The notes beneath the pieces are model-generated. The model had not been told where the DNA came from, did no database searches, and worked only from the letters and a program-made list of their open reading frames with translations. A stretch of DNA of 64,000 bases from an uncultured Candidatus Saccharibacteria bacterium (GTDB taxonomy: Bacteria; Patescibacteriota; Minisyncoccia; UBA6257; 2-01-FULL-56-20). Positions within the stretch are counted from its first letter, which is position 1; the number at the start of each line of letters is the position of its first letter. The stretch lies in contig CAYHXC010000005.1 of assembly GCA_964360585.1 (NCBI GenBank), positions 7,947 through 71,946 of the forward strand, written 5' to 3'. Positions 56,476 through 64,000 of this stretch are shown in pieces. The translations under genes and the position numbers were made by a program.

Positions 56476-57246
56476 ATGAAAGAGACTTCCTGGGAGCGAT
56501 CGGCCGAATGGTACGATGAGCATCTGAAAAAAGATGACACCTATCAGCGGAAGGTAATCCTGCCCCAATTACTCCGGGCGATGGACATTAAAAAAGGCGA
56601 AATGATTCTCGACCTGGCTTGTGGCTCGGGATTTTTCTCGATGGAGTTTATGAAAGCCGGCGCACATCTCGTGGGCGTCGATGCCTCGAAAACGCTTATT
56701 GCTCTTGCCAAAAAAGCCGTTCCCCAAGGGCAGTTCTATGTTGGCTCTTCGGACAAGTTATCACTTATTCCGAATCAGTCGATTGATAAAGTTGTCGTTG
56801 TTCTAGCACTGCAGAACATCGAGAATGTCGCGTCAACGCTTAAGGAATGTGCCCGTGTTTTAAAACCAAGCGGACAAACGTACATCGTTTTAAACCATCC
56901 GGCCTTCCGGAATCCGCAGGAAAGCGACTGGGGTTGGGATGAGTCTAAGAAGGTACAGTATCGTCGAATTGATCGATACTTAAGCGAGTCGAAGGTGAAA
57001 ATTCAGATGCATCCAGGCGACGCTCCGAGTGAGTATACAATCTCTTTCCATCGACCACTCCAATTTTATTTTAAAGCCTTACGGACAAGTGGTTTTCTCA
57101 CACGTTCAGTCGAGGAGTGGGAGTCACATAAAAAGAGCCAGACCGGACCGCGCTCCATGGCAGAAAATCGGGCTCGAAAAGAAATTCCAGTTTTTCTTTT
57201 TCTAGAGGCCGTGAAACATCCACTGTCGATTTACTTTTTGAAGTAA
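56476..57246 (+). CDS. Class I SAM-dependent methyltransferase
   Basis: ILDLACGSG, GVDAS, RVLKPSG, HRPLQFY. Confidence 0.9.
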   Translation: MKETSWERSAEWYDEHLKKDDTYQRKVILPQLLRAMDIKKGEMILDLACGSGFFSMEFMKAGAHLVGVDASKTLIALAKKAVPQGQFYVGSSDKLSLIPNQSIDKVVVVLALQNIENVASTLKECARVLKPSGQTYIVLNHPAFRNPQESDWGWDESKKVQYRRIDRYLSESKVKIQMHPGDAPSEYTISFHRPLQFYFKALRTSGFLTRSVEEWESHKKSQTGPRSMAENRARKEIPVFLFLEAVKHPLSIYFLK

Positions 57247-58235
57247 TTAATACCAATAGCTTTATGGACTCGGTCTAAAGTTTCCCGAGCAACCTTACGG
57301 GCATTGGCCGTCCCGGCTTCTAAAATATCCATAACTTCCGATTTTCGTTTAGCATAACTTGCGCGGCGTTCGCGAATCGGATCGAAAAGGTCGTTCAAGA
57401 TTCCAACTAAGCGTTCTTTGATAACCACATCGCCAACACCACCTTTCTTATACTGTTTTTTCAGAGCTTCCAAGCCTTTTTTATCTGTATCAAAAATATC
57501 TAAGTACATAAAAACGACATTGCCTTCGAGATGGCCGGGGTCGCTTACGTGAATCCGGGTTGGATCGGTGTACATTTTCATTACTTTCTTTTTCACTGTG
57601 GCGGCGTCATCAGAAAGATTGATCGCGTTACCCAAAGACTTAGACATTTTTTCTTTGCCATCAACACCAGGAAGACGTGGCATTGAGGAAAGTTGTGCTT
57701 TAGGAACGACCAGGGTGTTTCCGTAAAGCGCATTAAACTTTTTCACGATATCGCGGGTGAGTTCGATAACTGGTAGTTGGTCTTCGCCAACCGGCACAAG
57801 ATCGGCGCCGAACGCAGTAATGTCCGCGGCCTGGCTCACCGGATAAACCAAGAATCCCATAGGCAGTTCTTTAGTAAAACCGCGCTGGCGGATCTCGTTT
57901 TTGATCGTCGGATTCTGCTGGAGTTGAGCGAGGGTGGTGAGGTTCAGCAAGTAAAGTGCCAGTTCGGCAATTTCTGGAATCTGGGACTGGAGAAAAAATG
58001 TGGTCTTCTTTGGATCAATACCGACCGCCAAGTAATCGAGCATCACTTCAAACACATTGGCGCTCACTTTTTCCGGTGTCTTGAAATTATCAGTCAGAGC
58101 CTGCATGTCGGCGATCATGACGAACTGTTCGTAGTCGTTTTGTAAGTTGACGCGATTCTGAAGCGAACCCACAAAATGGCCGAGATGGAGCGGTCCAGTC
58201 GGGCGATCGCCAGTTAAGATACGTTTCTTTTGCAT
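57231..58235 (-). CDS. trpS: Tryptophanyl-tRNA synthetase
   Basis: TGDRPTG.LHLGH, YPVSQAADI, VPVGEDQ, KMSKS. Confidence 0.97.
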   Translation of the reverse strand: MQKKRILTGDRPTGPLHLGHFVGSLQNRVNLQNDYEQFVMIADMQALTDNFKTPEKVSANVFEVMLDYLAVGIDPKKTTFFLQSQIPEIAELALYLLNLTTLAQLQQNPTIKNEIRQRGFTKELPMGFLVYPVSQAADITAFGADLVPVGEDQLPVIELTRDIVKKFNALYGNTLVVPKAQLSSMPRLPGVDGKEKMSKSLGNAINLSDDAATVKKKVMKMYTDPTRIHVSDPGHLEGNVVFMYLDIFDTDKKGLEALKKQYKKGGVGDVVIKERLVGILNDLFDPIRERRASYAKRKSEVMDILEAGTANARKVARETLDRVHKAIGINYFKK

Positions 58236-58455
58236 ATGGAACAATCCTAGCACGATGAAGAAGCGGTCTCAACCAGATAGTATAAGTTCGATAATTTTCA
58301 TTTACGGATTGTGATACCTTGAAGATTGTTTTTGATTTTTGCCTGCATCGAACTTTCACTACCTGGTCAAGAAACTGATTTTGAATGAATCTCTACGGGC
58401 TTCCGCCCGCAGTTTTATGCGGGTAATAAAAAACTTCACACGAAGTGAAGTTGAT

Positions 58456-58677
58456 CTAGGGAGAGATAAATCTGCGGATGACCACGAGTTCCCCATGCGC
58501 TTCCTTAAGAAGCTTGACTGATGTTAATTCGCCGGCAGGATTGCTGAGGAGAAAGTGTTGGATCGTTTCGATGCATTCCCATTCAGCCCGGTCGGATAGA
58601 GTGGCATCGAGACGAGCAGCAGAGACTATCCAATCGGTGCTATTTTTCTTTCCAACGAGGATTACGAGATATGACAT
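58456..58677 (-). CDS. Small hypothetical protein
   Basis: AAGGAG/GAGG SD; 73 aa. Confidence 0.5.
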   Translation of the reverse strand: MSYLVILVGKKNSTDWIVSAARLDATLSDRAEWECIETIQHFLLSNPAGELTSVKLLKEAHGELVVIRRFISP

Positions 58678-58811
58678 CCTCTCTCCTTAGAGATACTAAG
58701 GGAGAGAGTAATCGGAAATGACCTTTGGGGCAAGATGAAATGCCAGAAGACAATCACTTGCCAGGCTTAACTTTTTGGGTACTATACAACTAGCTATTCT
58801 ATCAAGAGAAG

Positions 58812-59120
58812 GTGGGAAGGTGGTTTGTGGCACACCGTAATCGTTATAGTGAGTACACGCCAATCAGAATCGAGAGCATTCCAGAACGCCTTAGAATTTT
58901 TCTTGTTCGTCACGGAATGGATCTTTCCAAGATCCGAACCATCAGAGATCTCATGACACTGGATAACGGGCGGGTTGGTGTGCGCCGATGGCCGAACCAG
59001 GGTCGGGTTTTGAGAATCAACTGTCAGTACCTCAAGTTGGTAAGAAAGCCGACGAAGAAGTTGACTACACTGATTCAAAACAGTCTTCGGGTACGACAGC
59101 CCAAAAAGAAGATTACTTAG
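58812..59120 (+). CDS. Basic hypothetical protein
   Basis: 102-aa ORF followed by the hairpin aggaggac-aaa-gtcctcct and a T tract. Confidence 0.5.
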   Translation: MGRWFVAHRNRYSEYTPIRIESIPERLRIFLVRHGMDLSKIRTIRDLMTLDNGRVGVRRWPNQGRVLRINCQYLKLVRKPTKKLTTLIQNSLRVRQPKKKIT

Positions 59121-59241
59121 GAGGACAAAGTCCTCCTTTTTTATTGCAACGCTGGACGGACGTTTTAAGATAAATTAGAATCTCGGATACATGCGCGGGT
59201 GGCCCTTCGGCGGCGCGCTCAGGACAACAGTTTATAGATAT

Positions 59242-59325
59242 GCGCGGGTGGCGAAACTGGCAGACGCACTACCTTGAGGTGGTAGCGCCCGCAAGGGCTT
59301 GCAGGTTCAACTCCTGTCCCGCGCA
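59242..59325 (+). tRNA. tRNA-Leu(GAG)
   Basis: GCGCGGG/CCCGCGC acceptor; ctacc-TTGAGGT-ggtag; long variable arm. Confidence 0.95.
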
Positions 59326-59368
59326 CACATGAAAATTGTCACACCTTCTGGTGTAGCAATTTTTATAT

Positions 59369-59533
59369 GCGGGACAGGAGTTGAACGAGAAGGTGGGGTC
59401 GGGAGGAGGTGTCGTCCTCCCGTTTCGGAATTTCTCAAAACCGACCGCGTGCCGCCTTAGCTTCAGCAGTGGCGCAGGGTTTTGAGAACGCAGACCGAAG
59501 GTCGAGTAGTGAAATTTCCTCTCCCGCGCACAC
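59369..59533. repeat. tRNA 3'-end-mimicking element (after tRNA-Leu)
   Basis: gcgggacaggagttgaac is the exact reverse complement of the tRNA 3' part; tcctctcccgcgcacac is a direct copy with 1 mismatch. Confidence 0.8.
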
Positions 59534-59593
59534 TTGAAATAATTTCTAGAAAACGGTAATTTAAAGTTTAACGCACTCAACGGGGAGGTAGTT

Positions 59594-59746
59594 GTGGCTA
59601 GAAAGCGCAGGGCTCCGAAAAACCTGGCGAAGATTGCGGCCAAGGCACGGCATCATCTCGAGCAACGAGGCAGAGAACCGAATATCGGCTGGCGGCCCCC
59701 GCCCAAGCCCATCACAAAGCGAAGCGCTTCCGAAACTAGTTACTAG
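59594..59746 (+). CDS. 50-aa basic peptide (not in ORF track)
   Basis: GGAGGT SD, GTG start, MARKRRAPKNLAKIAAKARHH...SETSY*. Confidence 0.5.
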   Translation: MARKRRAPKNLAKIAAKARHHLEQRGREPNIGWRPPPKPITKRSASETSY

Positions 59747-59888
59747 CTCTTTTCTCTGAATCCCTTTTCCGCCGTCTCCGGATGCGCGGATTTTTATTTC
59801 TCCTAATTTTAATTCTTGGGACTTGCGGTTGGCTGTGTGTGGGGTAATAATTGGAAGAGTATGTTCCCTTGCTCCTATGGAGGAATCA

Positions 59889-60038
59889 ATGAAAAAGTGG
59901 ATCTTCGACCATGCCTTGCTTCTCATGATCGTTTTCGCAGTCGTTCTTTTCGGGGGCATACTGATCACCCTGGATCACGTGAATCGCGACCGGGATCCCG
60001 AACAGATTATCAAGAGTTCCAACCGCCATCCACTATGA
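59889..60038 (+). CDS. Small single-TM protein
   Basis: GGAGG SD; MKKWIFDHALLLMIVFAVVLFGG. Confidence 0.5.
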   Translation: MKKWIFDHALLLMIVFAVVLFGGILITLDHVNRDRDPEQIIKSSNRHPL

Positions 60039-60078
60039 GATGTGCGGTTTTTTAATCGAAAGATTCCCAAAAAGAAAT

Positions 60079-60260
60079 GAAGCTCCACGGGCTGAAGCCC
60101 GTGGTTTCTTAGAGCTCAAGCTTCGCTTGTCCGCATGTCATTGCGCCTGCCCGCCTCTGGAGGGAGCAAGGCGAAGTAATCTAGATTGCCACGTCGCTAC
60201 GCTCCTCGCAATGACATGCGGATCTACTTCATTCCCGGGCTGAAAGCCTGGGGTTTTGCG
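60079..60260. mobile_element. IS200/IS605-like end hairpins without transposase (non-autonomous), with nested repeats
   Basis: ccacgggc-tgaa-gcccgtgg and ttcattcccgggc-tgaaa-gcctggggtttt resemble IS200/IS605 subterminal hairpins. Confidence 0.55.
60137..60215. repeat. GTCATTGCG element (copy 5) with nested insert
   Basis: gtcattgcg[cctgcccgcctctggaggg]ag...agattgccacgtcgctacgctcctcgcaatgac. Confidence 0.8.
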
Positions 60261-60299
60261 GTGGAGAATAAAAAATCTCCGTCGGTTTCCCGATGGAGA

Positions 60300-60887
60300 T
60301 TATGACCTTTCCTCCTCAATCAGTTCCCGCATCTTTCTGCGAAAGCGGGCAATGATGGATCCCACGCTTCCGACCGGCTCGCCGAGGAACTCGGCAATGT
60401 CCTTATACGGGGTAGTGAGTTTACAGGTTTTTGTCAGGCTGTCGAGCGTCAGGCGCTGTTTCCCTCGTTTCTCGATATTTCTCTCGCAAAGCGCGATCTG
60501 ATCTTGCAGTGTTTGTGCGAAGCAAGAACTCAGGGAAACGCGTGACAAGTCTTCCGTAAGCCGGACGATCCTGCGTTGATAGTCCGCGATGTGCTGATCC
60601 ACGACCGCAACAGCATGCTCGAGTTCGCGCAGTTTTGACTTGCGCGCGGCTACGGCCTCCGCGAGCTCACAAAGACCATCCGCAATTTTCTGCGGATCCC
60701 GCTTTGTATACTTTCGGAGAAAGACCAACTCCTCGGGACTTAACGGTAGAGCATCGGGATGGAGGAGTTTCATGACGACCCGGGCCGAGCCGGGAAAAAT
60801 CAATTCTCCAACCTTCCGTAAGTCAAAAACTTCCTTTGTCTTGGCCTCAAGCGGATGTATTCTCTCGCCCTCAATCACCTTCCTCAT
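60300..60887 (-). CDS. Coiled-coil protein with C-terminal sigma region 4-like HTH
   Basis: GGAGG SD; YKDIAEFLGEPVGSVGSIIARFRRKMRE. Confidence 0.65.
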   Translation of the reverse strand: MRKVIEGERIHPLEAKTKEVFDLRKVGELIFPGSARVVMKLLHPDALPLSPEELVFLRKYTKRDPQKIADGLCELAEAVAARKSKLRELEHAVAVVDQHIADYQRRIVRLTEDLSRVSLSSCFAQTLQDQIALCERNIEKRGKQRLTLDSLTKTCKLTTPYKDIAEFLGEPVGSVGSIIARFRRKMRELIEEERS

Positions 60888-60980
60888 GGGATTCCCTCCA
60901 GTGAATTTACTGTTAGAGAGACTAGCAGTTCCCCAGGATCCTTTCAAGATTCCGAATTTTTGAGTATAAAGATAGATGTT

Positions 60981-61526
60981 ATGACTCAACGCGATACAAA
61001 AACAAAAATAGGCAAAAGAAAAACAGTGTTCACCGGCGCTTTATACACAGTGAGTCAGGCGCGCATAGTTTTACTGAGCGGACGGACGGGGATATTAGAA
61101 ACAATTTCACGTCACCCGACTGTTGATATTGTGGCCATACATGACGATGACAAAATCCTTCTCAACTGCGAGTATCGGCCAAAATATAAAAAGCGAGTCT
61201 GGCGGTTGCCGGGCGGGACGGTGGAGAAAGGGGAGACCTGGCGGGCGGCGGCAGAAAGAGAACTTCAAGAAGAAACTGGATTTAAAGCAAAAAGACTGAC
61301 TCTTTTTCATACCGTACACATGGGACAGACGATCGACTGGCCGCGTCGCGCCTATCTTGGCGAAGGACTTATTCCTTCAAAACTGCCGAATGACGACGAA
61401 GAGGATATTCGGATTGAGTTCTTAACACTCAAAGAGGCGATGCGGCTTATTGAACGAGGGGAAATTCGTCATGACTTTACGGAGTACCTGATCTGGAAGT
61501 TATTTCTTAAAAAGAAGCTGAAATAG
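60981..61526 (+). CDS. NUDIX hydrolase (ADP-ribose pyrophosphatase-like)
   Basis: EYR, LPGGTVEKGETWRAAAERELQEETG, DDEEDI. Confidence 0.9.
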   Translation: MTQRDTKTKIGKRKTVFTGALYTVSQARIVLLSGRTGILETISRHPTVDIVAIHDDDKILLNCEYRPKYKKRVWRLPGGTVEKGETWRAAAERELQEETGFKAKRLTLFHTVHMGQTIDWPRRAYLGEGLIPSKLPNDDEEDIRIEFLTLKEAMRLIERGEIRHDFTEYLIWKLFLKKKLK

Positions 61527-61724
61527 GTTGTTTCTTAGCGAAATAGAAGGGTAGAGGGGGCTTATTTTAGGACACATTTTAGGGCCCTTGACAAATTAGG
61601 CGGTTTCGACTAACGTATGCCTGTAAGTAGCTATTTGAGCCGCAACAGATTGACGTGCTATCTCGCAGGAGATGGCCCCAGCAGCCCCATAAAATTAGGC
61701 AGTACCGGGGCAGAAAGGTGTATC

Positions 61725-61835
61725 ATGCACGCCCGTCACGGTCCGACGGACCAGTTTTCCAATGTCATTTTTTGCGACAACACCGGCCAGGACGCGATCA
61801 GCTGCCGCGGCGGCGCCGACCAATACAACACGTAG
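61725..61835 (+). CDS. Possible 36-aa peptide
   Basis: AAAGGTG SD, high GC3, upstream TTGACA, downstream hairpins. Confidence 0.4.
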   Translation: MHARHGPTDQFSNVIFCDNTGQDAISCRGGADQYNT

Positions 61836-62041
61836 GTCGCCGGCATCCGTGACGCAGGACTCAGTGCTACGTCACAGCTGTTTTACTCTGAAAAATAAAG
61901 CTGCGACGTAAATCAAAAAAAGGTTGGGGGGCTTCGGCCCCCCATACCGACCCACACAAACCCATATACACTTTTGTATATGGGTCATTGCTTTTTAAGG
62001 GGATTTTAAATTTGTATTTTTCTCATGCTACGATAAGTATC

Positions 62042-62665
62042 GTGCAGTATATTATCGGTATTGACGAAGTGGGGCGGGGTCCTTTGGCCGGGCCGGTTGT
62101 GGTCGCGGCAGTAGTTTTACCGCGTGGCTTTCGCTTGCCGAAGGAGATGGGTGCGCTCAAAGACTCGAAACAGCTTTCGAAACAACGTCGCGAAGTTTGG
62201 TGTGAGTATTTTATTACCTGTCCCGAGGTTTCGTTCAGTGTTTCGCGGGTGTATCCGAATCGGATTGATCGCTTGAATATCTCCGGTGCAGCCAATCAGG
62301 CGGCGCTCAGGGCTTATCAAAAACTATTGAGTCGAGAACATATTCATTCATCGCATCGCGTTATTTTAGATGGTGGGCTCTATCTTGGTACCAAGAAAAA
62401 AAGTTTCGAGTACGGCGCGAAAACAATCATTAAGGGTGACGAGAAACACCCGCCAATTATGATTGCTTCGATTATCGCGAAAGTGGTTCGGGATAGATAC
62501 ATGACCAAACTAGCCAAAAAATATCCAGAATATGGCTTTGAAGAGCACAAAGGGTATGGCACACGCGAGCACCGAAAAGTCCTGAAAAAATACGGCCCAA
62601 CTGAAGCCCATCGGTTGACCTTTTTGAGTAAATATCCTACTATTTGGCTTATTAAGGAATCATAA
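62042..62665 (+). CDS. rnhB: Ribonuclease HII
   Basis: GIDEVGRGPLAGPV, DSKQL, KGD, ASIIAKV.RD, HKGYGT. Confidence 0.96.
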   Translation: MQYIIGIDEVGRGPLAGPVVVAAVVLPRGFRLPKEMGALKDSKQLSKQRREVWCEYFITCPEVSFSVSRVYPNRIDRLNISGAANQAALRAYQKLLSREHIHSSHRVILDGGLYLGTKKKSFEYGAKTIIKGDEKHPPIMIASIIAKVVRDRYMTKLAKKYPEYGFEEHKGYGTREHRKVLKKYGPTEAHRLTFLSKYPTIWLIKES

Positions 62666-62667
62666 CT

Positions 62668-62823
62668 ATGGGTGGCGTACCAATAAAACATCATACCAAA
62701 GGCAAAGTAGGCCGACGGCGTTCGCATATGGCCCTGAAGAAGCAGCGGATCCTCCAGTGCGCAAACTGCGGCGGTCCGAAGCTGGCTCATCGTGTTTGTC
62801 CGCAGTGCGGAAATGATCGCTAG
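62668..62823 (+). CDS. rpmF: 50S ribosomal protein L32 (not in ORF track)
   Basis: MGGVPIKHHTKGKVGRRRSH...CANCG..KLAHRVCPQCG. Confidence 0.95.
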   Translation: MGGVPIKHHTKGKVGRRRSHMALKKQRILQCANCGGPKLAHRVCPQCGNDR

Positions 62824-62857
62824 GAGCATGGTGGATGGAGCGAAGGGTTGAAAAATT

Positions 62858-63214
62858 ATGTTTCGCTTTGAATCTCTTGATATTTGGAAGCTAGCGACTC
62901 AGTACGCAAAAAGTTGCTACACTATTGCGGGCACTTTTCCTAATCACGAAAAATTCTCATTAGCTGATCAGCTACGCCGGGCGGCTATTTCAATTTCAAA
63001 TAACATAGCCGAGGGATCGGTAGACTCACCAGCAGTTTTTAAGAAGTATCTATCGATTGCCATCGGTTCAACTCTGGAAACGGTCAATATCTTGAATTTT
63101 AGCTGTGAAATAGGTTACATTTCATTAGAGGAGAAACAAGAAATGTATCGGAAAGCGGAAGAGTTAATACCTAAAATAAGAGCTTTTTCACGGATGTTAC
63201 ACGCTAAGCCCTAA
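62858..63214 (+). CDS. Four-helix bundle (23S rRNA IVS-protein/bAvd-like) protein
   Basis: [37 protein letters not shown]. Confidence 0.92.
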   Translation: MFRFESLDIWKLATQYAKSCYTIAGTFPNHEKFSLADQLRRAAISISNNIAEGSVDSPAVFKKYLSIAIGSTLETVNILNFSCEIGYISLEEKQEMYRKAEELIPKIRAFSRMLHAKP

Positions 63215-63237
63215 GCACCCTGCTCCTTGCTACTACT

Positions 63238-63663
63238 ATGGCCACTCGACACCTTCTCCGCGCAGTTATTCTCCAGACGCTCTATGAGTGGGATTTTTAC
63301 CAGGGGAAGAAGGATATTACCGACATTCTTGATCGCAACATGAAGGAGTTCGCGCCAGATGTGGACGAACCCGAGTTTGCCTGGAAGATTTTGCACGGCG
63401 TGGCCGGACATTTGCGCGAGATCGATACGAAGATCGAAGAGGTGGCGCCGGAGTGGCCGCTCGCGCGCATTGCCCTGATTGACCGGAATATTTTGCGTCT
63501 CGGGCTCTATGAGCTCATGTATGCCAATCCGGAAGAGGTGCCGCCCAAGGTGGCTATTAATGAAGCTATTGAACTCGCGAAAAACTATGGCGGACCGAAC
63601 GCCGGACGATTCATAAACGGCGTCCTCGGAACCGTTTTCAAGAAAACGCAGGAAACGACATGA
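63238..63663 (+). CDS. nusB: Transcription antitermination factor NusB
   Basis: RHLLR...[36 protein letters not shown]. Confidence 0.97.
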   Translation: MATRHLLRAVILQTLYEWDFYQGKKDITDILDRNMKEFAPDVDEPEFAWKILHGVAGHLREIDTKIEEVAPEWPLARIALIDRNILRLGLYELMYANPEEVPPKVAINEAIELAKNYGGPNAGRFINGVLGTVFKKTQETT

Positions 63664-63666
63664 CCG

Positions 63667-64000
63667 GAACTCATCTCAAAAATAGCTCCGTCGCGTTCTC
63701 CTCTGATTTGCCCGTTCATCACGGCACGACCTGCCGGCAGGCAGGCAGGCGAGGAGGCATAGGCCAAAGTCTAGGCTCCGACCTGCGCTTCGCCGAAGGC
63801 TCTCGCCTCGCTGTAGCTATGGCGAAGCGGGTCGGCAAGGCGAGGAAGTAACACAGATGACGGGCGAATCAGAAAGAACCGAAAGGATAGGAAGTATAGC
63901 TACGGATACAGTGTTGCTGCGTTCTCAACGTACCTTTGGGTACACCTTCGAACTAGTGCCTCCTCTCCATAGCTATACTTCTCTATCGCGACAGGATATA
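63667..64000. repeat. Multi-stem palindromic element, paralogue of 48067-48335, with two nested inserts; truncated by the window edge
   Basis: gaactcatctcaaaaatagctccg...tctctatcgcgacaggatata is colinear with the xseA-xseB copy. Confidence 0.85.

Noticed and set aside
59575-59750. Large SRP Alu-like start (cggggaggtag)
   Set aside because: No SRP domain IV motif follows. It reads better as an SD plus a short basic ORF.
62858-63214. Diversity-generating retroelement (Avd-like gene)
   Set aside because: No reverse transcriptase and no TR/VR pair are visible.
1-64000. Alternative genetic code (UGA recoded, as in Gracilibacteria/SR1)
   Set aside because: Conserved genes are full length in code 11, and several end properly at TGA (tpiA, murB, xseA, nusB).

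Overview
A 64 kb bacterial chromosome segment in standard code 11. Gene content and style point to Patescibacteria/Parcubacteria (CPR); this is an inference. Housekeeping genes include serS, dnaE, rpmG, rplJ-rplL, mraZ-rsmH-ftsL-ftsI-murF, tpiA, murB, hpf, secA, typA, xseAB, pyk, tgt, mutY, trpS, rnhB, rpmF and nusB, interspersed with single-gene orphans. There are seven tRNA-type loci. One tRNA-Thr(UGU) lies entirely inside the anticodon loop of another, split tRNA-Thr, carried by a double-hairpin repeat. A tRNA-Thr(GGU) is interrupted by a 210-nt group I intron and is overlapped by a LAGLIDADG-like ORF. The intergenic DNA holds many structured palindromic elements. The most notable is a ~130-bp family (6 copies) with covarying CCCCACACC/GGTGTGGGG arms. 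Four copies end exactly at a gene's ATG, and the same ends flank a small GIY-YIG nuclease gene inserted between rplJ and rplL, making it a candidate autonomous/non-autonomous mobile system. All calls were made by eye from motifs; no database searches or folding programs were run.
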